Source: Epithemia pelagica
Taxonomy: Eukaryota; Protista; Bacillariophyta
Direction of reading: 5' to 3'
Assembly: GCA_946965045.2 (NCBI GenBank)
Contig: OX337238.1
Coordinates: forward strand, 2,480,001 to 2,544,000
Length of the DNA: 64,000 nt
Shown here: piece after piece, positions 21,513 to 32,431 of the stretch
Layout of the letters: each line of letters begins with the position of its first letter
How positions within the stretch are numbered: the stretch's first letter is position 1
The notes under the pieces: generated by a model
Database searches by the model: none
Told to the model about the DNA's origin: nothing
The model's input: the letters and a program-made list of their open reading frames with translations, nothing else
Made by a program: the position numbers and the translations under genes

Positions 21513-24500
21513 ATGTTAGTAATTCCGATATTACACATGTACTCCAACCTCTCCCTCGAAGACATAATCACATACCTGTGGATAAGCACATTCGTCCACC
21601 TCCTCAAACAAATGATGATCACGGTGGAAGCAGCAATAAAGCTCACCATAGTCATCGTACAAATGGAGGAGGAACACAAGACAATTACAAACAAGGAGGA
21701 TTGGATGCACCACGCCATCACGACAACCAACGAGGTAATCGGAAACATGGCGGAATGGGCAGACAAGCAACTCCTGCACACGAAAGAGAAAAAGAGGATG
21801 AGACAACGGAGACAAACAAGAGCGAAAAAGGTAATATGCAGCGCAGCCATCATAGCAATGGCGGCAAAGTGCGCAGCAGCAACCAATTGCCACCCGTTTG
21901 ACTCGAACTCGACCACGATCGGCATCGACAACAGATGCTCAGGCTGCATAACCCACGTACGGAGTGACATACCAGGTTCTTTGAAGCAATGTAACAGAGC
22001 AATCAAAGGATTTGGGGGCGCAAAGACGTTCGAAGTGTGGTCAGGGACCATCCATTGGGAATGGGAGGACGATCAAGGAAAGATCCATAAAATGGTGATC
22101 CCCAATTCGTACTATGTCCCCGAAGGCAAAGTCCGACTACTGAGCCCACAACACTGGGCGCAGACTCGGAAAAACAGTGAAAGACGAGGTGGGGCGGGAG
22201 AAATAACCACTGGCACGGACGTAGTACTCTTCTGGGACGAACGTCAATCACGAAAGACGATCCCAATAGATACTCAAGGCAACAATGTGGCCACGTTCCA
22301 TCTCGCGAGTGGGTACAAGCAGTACCATAATTACTGTAGGGAATGTGGGACTGAACATGACCACTCCTACGACAAAGATCCACTGTTGCAACATCAGGCC
22401 ATGCCATCAATGGTGGTGTCCGATGACGAGGGAGACAACGACGAAGCGACCTACCCCGTCCAGGCACCTCAATGGCATCGAGCCATTCCGAAGCAGACCA
22501 GCATGGCAACAACTGATGCAGCAACCCAACAAACAGACGACGCGGAACCACGCAAGTTTGACTTTGATCTAGACGGTAAAACTACCGAAGACGCAACACC
22601 ACCACCACCAGACATCATCCCACATGAGGAGGAAGAACAACCAACGGCGGAAGCAGAGTTGCTCAGGTACCACTACGACTTTGGGCACCTACCATTCGCC
22701 AAACTACAACAAATGGCAAAGGACGGAATACTGCCGGAACGACTGGCGAAGTGTCACGTCCCAGTGTGTTCGGCATGCAATTTCGTCAAAGCAACGAAGC
22801 GAGCATGGCGCACAAGGTCGTCAAAAGACTGGTCAAACAAGACACCTCCAAGCAAACCAGGCATGGTTGTGTCGGTCGACCAGTTGGTATCACCCACTCT
22901 AGGACTCGTGGCACAGATGACAGGGTTCATCACGAAACAGCGCTACAAATACGCTACCGTGTATGTGGACCAAGCGACGTCACTGGGTTTCGTTTTCCTA
23001 CAGAAGACTTCAACCGTTGAAGAAACACTGCAAGGCAAGCGAGCTTTTGAGCGCTATGCCATCAACAGAGGAGTGACAGTGCGTGCATACCACGCCGATA
23101 ACGGAATTTTCAAGGCGCACGGGTGGGTGAAGGCATGTCACGACCAAGGACAAGACCTCACATTCGCAGCTGTTGGCGCCCACCATTCCAATGGAAAGGC
23201 GGAGCGCAGAATACGGGAATTGCAAGGGATGGCGCGCACGATGCTTCTGCACGCAAACAAGCGATGGCCACAGGCAATTACAGCCAACTTGTGGCCCTAC
23301 GCTGTGCGCTACACAAACGACTGCATCAACGCGTCCCCAAATATGCAACACGAAACGAAGCAATCGCCAATCCAACTGTTCTCCCAGACAGCCATTAACA
23401 CGAACAAAAAGCACTGGAGGCCCTTTGGATGTCCAGTATACGTGCTGGATGAACGACTGCAAGGAAACAAACCACACAATAAGTGGGAGAATCGAGCCAG
23501 GGTGGGAATTTATTTGGGCCAGTCACCAATCCACAACAGGAATGTGGCATTGGTACTCAACCGACACACTGGACACGTGAGTCCACAATTCCACGTACGA
23601 TTCGACCGCAGTTTCCACACCCTCCAACAGGAGCAACTGACGGCAACGTGGCAAGTCAGCACATTCTTCGCTGATGCCAAACGAACCGGACAACCGCAGA
23701 GGAGCCAGAAAGGAAAACGACGGAGGAGGCACAAGGGGCAAGAGGGAGCCCCACAACACTCTCCAACTGGCACTCCACCGGAAGAATGGCAACAACAAAT
23801 GCCTAACAACACATGGCCGGATGAAGCACCCATCCACAATCCAAACACGAGTCCATCAGGTGGGACGCCACCACAACAAGCACAACATGGACCAACCATG
23901 GGTGGAACGCCTCCACAGGATTCAGAGGGAGCACAAGGCCAGAGGGAGCGGCAACTCCCACAACAACAAACAACCAACCACATTCGGACACGATCGGGCC
24001 GACTACGAAAACCGACACAGCGCCTTATCGAGGTGATGTCATCGGAAATCGAGGACGAGACGACTGTCCCAGGGGAGTTGTTTGCATTGTCAACCCTCGT
24101 GCCGCAAGACGACATGGATGACATGGGAAATCCACTCATGGCGTACAAGGCAGCAATTTCCGACCCAGATACAATGTATCACCACGAGGCCATGAAAGAG
24201 CCCGATAAGGCGGAATTTATAAAAGGGATGCAGAAAGAAATGGAGAGGCAGATGGAGGACGGAAACCTGTCCATCGTGCGCCGCACATCGGTCCCAGCAG
24301 GTCAGCGCATCTTCAAGGCCGTGTGGCAGATGCGAAGAAAAGGGGACATCCTGACACGCGATATCAAGACACATAAAGCGCGACTCAACTTCGATGGGTC
24401 AAAAATGGAACAGGGGATCGATTACGATCAAACCTATGCCCCAGTAGCTTCATGGGCATCCATACGACTGGTGTTGGCGCTTGTCTCCGCGTTCAATTGG

Positions 24501-25775
24501 CACACGCAACAAATCGACTACGTCCTAGCGTACCCGCAGGCTCCAGTAGAACGAGAAGTCTACATGGAGTTCCCTGTGGGATACGACTTGGACGAGGGAA
24601 AATCGAAAAAGGACTACGTACTCAAGCTCCATGCCAACCTGTACGGCCAAAAGCAGGCCGGCCGGGTGTGGTACCAGCACCTTTCCAAAAGGTTGGTCGA
24701 ACAGGTGGACTTTACGAAGTCGTCAGTGGATGAATGTGTCTTCTACAGGGGGAGCGTAATCTACGTGCTCTATACAGATGACAGTATCATCGTTGGCCCA
24801 GACAAAGCCGAAATCGACAAAGCAATCAACGATATACGGGCAGCCAAGCTCAATATCACGGTTGAAGGCGACATAAAGGACTTTCTGGGAGTCAACATCC
24901 ACAAACACGACAACGGGGAGATCACGTTTTCACAACCACACCTCATTGATAAAGTTTTGAAAGGACTGCGTCTGGGTAAGGACGCCGTCACGAAAGATAC
25001 ACCAGCAGCCCCATCGAAGATCCTGCACTGACATCTTGAAAAACCCGCATTCGACAACAACTTCAATTACCGCTCCATCGTGGGCATGATGAACTACATT
25101 GAGGCAGGGTCAAGAAGCGATATCGCCTATGCCACTCACCAGTGCGCAAGGTTCGCATCCAATCCACGTAAACCACACGGAGACGCGGTCAGGTGGATCG
25201 GGAGGTACCTACGGGCAACGAGGGATCAAGGCATGACATTCCGTCCCAACAAACAAGCGGGACTGGAAGTGTGGGTTGATGCGGACTTCGCAGGCAATTG
25301 GAAACGGGAGGACGCATCGACTGACCGAGACACGGCCAGATCACGCCACGGATATATCATACGATGTATGGGATGTCCCATAATCTGGAAATCCCAACTG
25401 CAAACGGAAATAGCGCTAAGCTCCACCGAGAGTGAGTACACCGGCCTCTCCTATGCACTCCGTGCCGCCATTCCAATCATGCGCCTCCTGGAGGAGATGC
25501 AACAGCAGGGCATCACGATCCACAACACAAAGGCGGAAGTCCACTGTAAGGTATTCGAGGACAACAGCGGGGCTCTGGAAATGGCCAAAGTGTACAAATT
25601 CAGGCCTCGCACGAAACACTTGAACGTAAAGCTCCATCATTTCAGAACATATGTGGAGGATGGGAGCGTGACGATTCATAAAGTTGCTACAGAGGACCAA
25701 CTCGCTGATTACCTCACCAAACCTTTACCACAGGACACACTACAACGTCTGCGTCAACGGGTCCTGGGATGGTAG
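21513..25775 (+). pseudogene. pol: Pol of element 2 (PR-IN-RT-RH) with a single in-frame TGA at 25029-25031
   Basis: GIDNRCSG protease, H..FGH/CSAC Zn motif, SVDQL/HADNG/AERRIRE integrase, YTDD RT, DADFAG/ESEY/EDN RNase H; ORFs 21513-25031 and 25080-25775 share a frame. Confidence 0.95.
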
Positions 25776-26144
25776 TCACAAATGGGTGCGATTTGAAAAG
25801 TGAGAGGGAGTGTTGAAAGTTCCCCGTTGCCGCCCGGTGCATTCGGAACCTGGGGGGGGGGGGGGGGGAAACTCCACGTGCGTATGGACACACGTCACCA
25901 TACGACACTTCCCAACTGACGCCCCTACTGCGTCAGCACATACACACCCATAGCGTAACATGACCATACTCTTATAACTTACTCAATCCCCTTTTACGAA
26001 ACTAGTTGGCCCTTTTAATTGGCAGTGACCACGGTTAAAACAACAGGAACAACAACAATGATAACGACAACACAATGTCCAAGGATGATTGTTGATTTCG
26101 GGCAACCGTTCGACATCGTGGGTGCCATTCCATCCTCCCACGCC

Positions 26145-26432
26145 TTACACAAAGTCCCCACAAACGACAGCGGCATGAGAACAGCGGGATGCCAGCAAGG
26201 ATGGCCCATACTGCCACCACAAATCCTGTTGGCGAGGAGGAATGGGCAAGACCAGTACAGAGGATGTCACATGTCCCAACTCATTCATTCCTCCCAGGAC
26301 GACCAGGAACTCAGTAATGGTATGATGGATCACAACCGGTCCACCCATCAAATGGGGAGGCCACTCGATCATCATTGTCGTCGTTGCTGTTGCTGCATTA
26401 TATTTCATGGGGATGGGTGATGGTTCCATCAA
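26145..26432 (-). pseudogene. Truncated short Kelch gene fragment
   Basis: EFLVVLGGMNELGHVTSSVLVLP...WQYGPSLLASRCSHAAVVCG; paralogue of 12896-13312 and 44170-44520. Confidence 0.8.
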
Positions 26433-26944
26433 TTACCATCTCATGATATCTTTTATACTCCTTACTTAGGATCTCGTGTGACGAGATCCTTTTTCAATTG
26501 AAGAGAGGTGACCGGTGACCGATGACCGATGACCGATGACCGATGACCGATCTCTCTCTACTCGTACTCGTACGTCGTAGGCAGGTATATTATGGGTTAT
26601 GGGGCATATTGAAATTATATTGAAGGTACCTTGTTCTCTATTCTCGAGAATCGCGCGGGCATCTCCTACCATCACGCAAGACTCGCCACTCTTAATCCTT
26701 CACACCCCATCTTTTGCATCCCATATAGAATACGAATGGCAACATACCTAGGTAGTCTTATCGTGATCCATTATCCATTACGGCATTCGACGTCAATGGA
26801 GATTTCGTGTGAGCACACGAATTGCTTGGTTGCGATTGTGATTGATCGTCATGGTACCGTTAATCCTGTTTCATCCCTCATCCCAGTAGCAAAGCATTCA
26901 TTCGATAGCGCAAGCGCCAGCGCGAGGAAAAAACACCCTGTATC

Positions 26945-28021
26945 ATGAGCGCGGTGAATGAAACGCCCACCGTTGCGGATGATGGCCTTTCGGTAGGTTC
27001 CTCCTCATCAGCAAGTCTTCCACCGAACACGTCTTGCTCCCGCTGGTATCTCTTTCGCGGATAGTCCTCCTACCGAAAACGACGAGCATTCCTCTGGTCG
27101 ACGCATTCCCTTGCCGGTGGAAATCGTCATGAAGAAATCAGGTCAGTACTTTCATCGTTGTCAGTGTTTCACTGACAAACTCACGTCCAGTGCATGTGAG
27201 TTGAGTCTCACCAAAGATCGAATCAATCGTCATGGCATTTTTGCAGGCGCTGATTCCCATGAAATAGCCTCGTTAAGACAGGCGTTGAAAGCCATGGAAG
27301 AAGAAAATGATGACTGGAAGCACAAGTTCGAGTCGATGCGAGAACAATTCCGCGCAGATCCGCCATCTCCTTTGCTTTTTGTGCTTTTAGAGTGGCGGAT
27401 CTGAACGCACAAAAAGCAAAGGAGGTGGCGGATCTGAACGCACAAAAAGCATAGGAGGTGGCGGATCTGTACGCACAAAAAGCAAAGGAGGTGGCCGATA
27501 AACAAGAGGAGGTGGCGGTTCTACAAAAGCAAAAAGCATTGGCGGAGGCGGGTCTAAAAGCACAATTGGACGTAGGCCGAGAGAGAGAGTGCATCATGAC
27601 TGCCCTGCGCTGCTGCAAAATTCCACAAGCACTGGAAAACAAACTCGTAAAGTTCAACATAAACGATGGTTCGTCGTCCGCCGCCAGTGCGAGTCTCGTT
27701 TCAGTTGAATCCGATGAAGCAGCACAAGAGACATGGAACCAAATTTACTCGCAGACGCAAACGTTGCTAACGGAATCTACGTCGACAACACCCCTCGAAG
27801 TCAACGAGATCGTCAAGTCGTTCGGACTGCTCACAAAGTTTGCTCGCATCTCATTGCAGTTCTGGCACTTGAACGACCAGTCGTCTTGTTCTGTTCAAAA
27901 GACACACAACAGTGTAAAGCTTAACTCACGACGTAAAAGCTCGAGTAGTGGTGGAAGTGACTCATCAGGAAATTCTGCGACAGTTCAGATTATGGGAACC
28001 TCATCAAGTCACAAAGGGTAG
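26945..28021 (+). pseudogene. Family A coiled-coil gene copy 2 (frameshifted, micro-inversion, internal TAG)
   Basis: Same exon 1 and intron as 1454-2412 but with a short frameshifting deletion, an inverted repeat unit and a stop at 27452-27454. Confidence 0.75.
27392..27500 (+). repeat. 33-bp tandem repeat encoding 11-residue (EVADLNAQKAK) coiled-coil units
   Basis: Units start at 27392, 27425, 27458 and 27491; one inverted unit at ~27354-27390. Confidence 0.9.
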
Positions 28022-28541
28022 TAGTACAACTACAATTGATGTTGACGAGCAGTACTACAATACAGTATCAGCTATCATGGAGCACGGCCATGTTTTAGAG
28101 AACTTAACATTAGCATCTAAGCTATCTGTTGTGTATGGGGGCAAGAGGTACCCTCTCGCGAACAGAGGAGTAGACGGATTTAACATCACAGATTCATGGG
28201 AGGAGCACAAGAGACGGTTTCGCTCTCCACCCTCCCTACACCAAGCTCTATACACAGTCCGAATCGAGAAAGTGATTGTCTGCAATAGCAACACAGAAAT
28301 GGGGAAACCGTGCTATTATTGTGGGGCGGCGCGGCTCTCTTTCCAAAGAACCAAACAGATGGGAGAGGTCAAACGTAGGAATGCGACTTTTGCGGATGAA
28401 TATGGAAAGTATTTGGTAGTTTTTGTCCGGGTAAAACAAGCGATTGTCTCTCTCATCTCTCTGATGTTTTCTGGTGCGGCCGTACCGAGGGACATTTCCA
28501 TCGGCGTGCCACGACGCAGGTCTCCGATTGGTCGCGTTTGA
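27948..28541 (+). CDS. Unknown protein, family B (CYYC motif); boundaries uncertain
   Basis: 197-aa ORF with a diverged paralogue at 330-730. Confidence 0.4.
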   Translation: MVEVTHQEILRQFRLWEPHQVTKGSSTTTIDVDEQYYNTVSAIMEHGHVLENLTLASKLSVVYGGKRYPLANRGVDGFNITDSWEEHKRRFRSPPSLHQALYTVRIEKVIVCNSNTEMGKPCYYCGAARLSFQRTKQMGEVKRRNATFADEYGKYLVVFVRVKQAIVSLISLMFSGAAVPRDISIGVPRRRSPIGRV

Positions 28542-28991
28542 AGAGTTCATCATGCCTCGGCATGCGAGGCGCCAGCCATCGAGTTGGCGTGCGCATAAGG
28601 CCGTGACCGAATGCGAACCTCTTGAATTTTCAGCGGTTATATCACTTTTGAAAAAGATTGTTCTACTGGACTGCATCAACGAGACGCTCGATAGTGAACG
28701 CATTAACCCGAACTCGTAGATTGGACAAACCCGAACCACACATCCATACAATTTCTAGAGCCCAACACACCCATGGGTCTTGTTATGTCGAGAGAGAAAA
28801 GTCTCTTCCTCGGATGGTTCTGGTCCTTTGCTGCCACAACAGAGACACACCCTCGTTTTGACATCCTTTTGAAGAATTGAAGGAGAGAAAGACACCAAAC
28901 AAACAAGGCACGATGCAACGACGTTTGGCACCTACCACATCCAACACTTCTTCGACGGTCCAAACAACAGCCGCACCCGTATCCGCTACCA

Positions 28992-30665
28992 GTGCCATCA
29001 AATCCGAACTCCGTCGTAAGCGTCGTCGTACGTGGTGGCGGCAACAATGGTCCTGGTGCCGTCCCTCCTCTACAGTCTCGTCTCGTTCTTCTTCTTCGTT
29101 TTCTTTTTTGTGGCAAGACGATGACAGTTTGTTTTTTTATGCTCGTGGGTGCCATGGGATGTGGTCTCGCACTCGTGATTTTGGCCGTGGCCCATTCCAT
29201 GATTTCCACGTTACTGGCTGTCAAATTTGGCAATCGCCATTTGGATCGACGTTTCAATACGAATACTAATAATAATCCACACGTGTTGCATCATCATCGT
29301 CGTCGTCGTCCTTCCCAGGATGAAAATGACGATGATGAGGAGGAAGAATTGGAACCCTTGCCCTTTTCTTCCATTTATCGTGTCCCGGAAGCCATGGAAA
29401 CCATGGGCGATCGCAGTTCGTCGTATGCCGAATTGCGCCACTTGTACGATACGCAAGTACTGCCCCAAGACGACCAACGCAGTCTCGACTTTGTCCAATC
29501 CAAGACACGACCCTTGCCTCCTTCCGTCTTGTCATCATCGACATCGTCGGTGCATCATTCCGATCAAGTCCATCCCGACAACCACAATATGCTCTACGAC
29601 ATTTACAATTGTCCCTATGAGCCACCTCGCAATTATCCTCACGAATGGAATTTGGTAAACCAAGTCTTGAAAAATTGGCCTGCCGATCAAACCGAACTAC
29701 CTTCGTCGACGGGTGGGGTTTTGTATCAAGGCTTTTGTGTGTTTGATTTTGCCCAGGACTATGGCAAGGCCTTGCATTACCGGGAATTGGAATTGCCCTT
29801 TGTGGTCGTCAATGATCCCCGTGTCGCTCGCACGGCCGAACGATGGCATGAACCTGATTATGTCAATCAAATGGTGGGTCCGAACGTCTTGCATCGAGCC
29901 GAATACAATACCAACAATCACTTTTTGTACCATGTTCCCGAAGGACCTCATGCTCGGCAACACCCAAACCGACGTGGCTTGCGGAGCCATCCAAAGAAGC
30001 AAGTACGTGATTTGCAAGGTCGACCAGCCCAAGTCCAAAACAAGGAGGCGATTCCCCAAGCCTTGCGCATGACCTATTCCGATTGGTTGCAAAAGGCCAA
30101 TGTGACGGCCGATCATGCTTCACCGACCATGGAACATTGGTATTATCGATTGATTGGATGTGGCTACATGGGTGCCGATGGCAGTTGCGACAAGGGATCG
30201 ACCGAAGCCTTGTACGATGAGTTGCCCTTTTTTCAACCCACGGCGGAAAATACCTTGTACATTGGTGAGGCGGAACAACAAAAGGGCATTCATTGTCGAT
30301 TTGGTATGAAGGGTGTCATTGCGGAAAATCATTTTGATGCCAGTCGCAATTCCATTGCCCTCTTGTATGGGCATCGGCGATACATTTTGTCCCACCCCAA
30401 ACAATGTCCCAATTTGGCCATTCTGCCCAAGGAACACGAGAGTGCCCGACATTCGGCGGTCGATTATACCAACCCCGATTTGGACCGATATCCGGAATTT
30501 GCCCATGCTACGGCCAATGAGGTCGTCTTGCAACCCGGTCAAGTCATGTATTTGCCCACGAACTGGTTCCACTACATTGTATCGCTCGATTTGAATTATC
30601 AATGCAACACCCGATCCGGTATGGATCAACAATATTGGCCACCCATTCACCAATGCGGCTTTTAA
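28992..30665 (+). CDS. JmjC/cupin 2OG-Fe(II) oxygenase with an N-terminal hydrophobic segment; true start uncertain
   Basis: HFD...WFH facial triad (ENHFDASRN; LQPGQVMYLPTNWFH) in a Cupin_8-like C-terminus. Confidence 0.85.
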   Translation: MPSNPNSVVSVVVRGGGNNGPGAVPPLQSRLVLLLRFLFCGKTMTVCFFMLVGAMGCGLALVILAVAHSMISTLLAVKFGNRHLDRRFNTNTNNNPHVLHHHRRRRPSQDENDDDEEEELEPLPFSSIYRVPEAMETMGDRSSSYAELRHLYDTQVLPQDDQRSLDFVQSKTRPLPPSVLSSSTSSVHHSDQVHPDNHNMLYDIYNCPYEPPRNYPHEWNLVNQVLKNWPADQTELPSSTGGVLYQGFCVFDFAQDYGKALHYRELELPFVVVNDPRVARTAERWHEPDYVNQMVGPNVLHRAEYNTNNHFLYHVPEGPHARQHPNRRGLRSHPKKQVRDLQGRPAQVQNKEAIPQALRMTYSDWLQKANVTADHASPTMEHWYYRLIGCGYMGADGSCDKGSTEALYDELPFFQPTAENTLYIGEAEQQKGIHCRFGMKGVIAENHFDASRNSIALLYGHRRYILSHPKQCPNLAILPKEHESARHSAVDYTNPDLDRYPEFAHATANEVVLQPGQVMYLPTNWFHYIVSLDLNYQCNTRSGMDQQYWPPIHQCGF

Positions 30666-31194
30666 CCGGCTATAGGTAGTCCAGCATTCATGTGGACAAT
30701 GTGTGTTGCCGAACTGTAAAGCAGTCCAAAACTATTAGATCTATATTCTTTGGGAATGTATTTCTTTATGTTCATGACACAAGATAAATCTTTTACAACA
30801 CATCTCCACAGTCCGTAATCCGTTGGATACGAATAGTCTGGTGGTGTGTCAACCACTTTTTATCCTGTGCCCTCTTATTTTCTCAGCACACCGTGTGTAG
30901 TCTCGTTGACTTTACAGAGAACTGAGTTGCGGTTTCTTTACCGGATTCGGCTGAAAACTGACTCGTCATAGTGACGGACGAGGAACCATCGTTTGTGTTC
31001 AACTGATCTACGAGATCATCTTTCAGTTGTTGTGAAATTTCGTCAAGGCCCAGGGCAGCGATGATGTGTCGGAACAAACATCTGTCCGACAGAAAAACAT
31101 CTGTCTCATAAATTCTCACATACAAAATCCTCACCATCACCTTCTAGACCTAATCGTAATATCATAGAGTAACTTTCAAACACTACCAAAACGT

Positions 31195-31969
31195 TGCGGT
31201 ACCCCTATATGGATCCCGCCATACGTGTCACCACGTTCCATTCCCGGTTCGCGTTCTTGACACTGCGACATGAATCTTCCGCCATCTGGCTGTTCCTCCT
31301 CCAGTCATTTCTCGTCGCACGTGGCACTGTGGATTCCTCATTCCCCCTAATTCCTCGTAATTCCTAAAGATCACAATTTTTATACCATGCTATTTTACGT
31401 GGGTATGGCACTCTGAAAACAGTCCGTCTGTAACGACAACAGATTGTCGATGAACGCGCTCGTCTCGCAAATCGTTCTCGTGTCTTTCATGATTACGCTG
31501 TCAACGATCGTGTGTTGCTCCGCGCCACGAATCCGGACAAGCTTGAGCTTCGCACAAGCCCCAATCCCTTTCGGATTACACAGGTCCATTCCAATGGCAC
31601 TGTGACTATCCAACGTGGTCCCCACGTCACTGAACGAATCAACATTCGTCGCCTTGTTCCATTTCGTGAATAAATGGGTTTTAATGCTGGCCACCAAGCT
31701 TTCCCATTCTTGTCCCGCTCGAACTCCCTAGGTCCGACCAGGGAGAGGTAGAGTGCGGTACCCCTATATGGATCCCGCCATACGTGTCACCACGTTCCAT
31801 TCCCGGTTCGCGTTCTTGACACTGCGACATGAATCTTCCGCCATCTGGCTGTTCCTCCTCCAGTCATTTCTCGTCGCACGTGGCACTGTGGATTCCTCAT
31901 TCCCCCTAATTCCTCGTAATTCCTAAAGATCACAATTTTTATGCCGTGCTATTTTACATGGGTATGGCA
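31195..31969 (+). mobile_element. Mini Ty3/gypsy relic (LTR - integrase tail - PPT - LTR) nested in the 5' LTR of element 3
   Basis: 216-bp LTRs (31195-31410, 31754-31969) with 3 substitutions and TGC...GCA termini; TSD AACGT/AACTT against the empty site in the 3' LTR; interior encodes HDYAVNDRVL...VHSNGTVTIQRG...ERINIRRL, a gypsy integrase C-terminus; PPT AGGGAGAGGTAGAG. Confidence 0.9.
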
Positions 31970-32431
31970 AACTTATCTCTACTTCCACCACTATTAGGAC
32001 CAACCATGAACCTTCCAAACGAAAGACCCGACAATGACCAACCCCAAGCGGTTACGGCCATTAACATCACTCCTGACTCCCTCGAAGCGAGCGCCTCTTT
32101 AAACACCAAGACAACGACAGGTTATGAGCCCAAACGCTACCGCTGGGTGTTGATACTCTTTCTCACATACTCGCTTTGGAACATGCAAGGTTCTCTTTCT
32201 TTACTTAACCCTCGAATCGTGGAGAGACTCAAGAAAACAAAGCCCTTGACTCCCAACCGATTGTATCCGCTACCTTTCAAGGTGAACTGTGATTCAGATT
32301 CCTTTGAATCTACCACTTTCACGACCGCTTCACAAATCAGTTTTCATTGGAACGTCCTCATTGCACAACCAAAGCAACATTTGGTACCTGGAAACTCTCT
32401 GAAGCTACTTTCACCGCTAAGAACAACAACA

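Larger units (their letters stand above)
19773..26045 (+). mobile_element. Ty1/copia LTR retrotransposon 2 (CoDi-type), full length, one nonsense mutation in pol
   Basis: LTRs 19773-20001 (229 bp) and 25811-26045 (235 bp), TGTTG...CAACA, differing only by poly-G length and a 4-bp indel; PPT AAAAGTGAGAGGGAG; GGAACA duplicated on both sides. Confidence 0.97.

Noticed and set aside
31946-32431. N-terminal ~160 aa of the predicted 630-aa gag ORF
   Set aside because: It spans the gypsy LTR end, the copia LTR, the PBS and the leader; the plausible gag start is the ATG at 32432.
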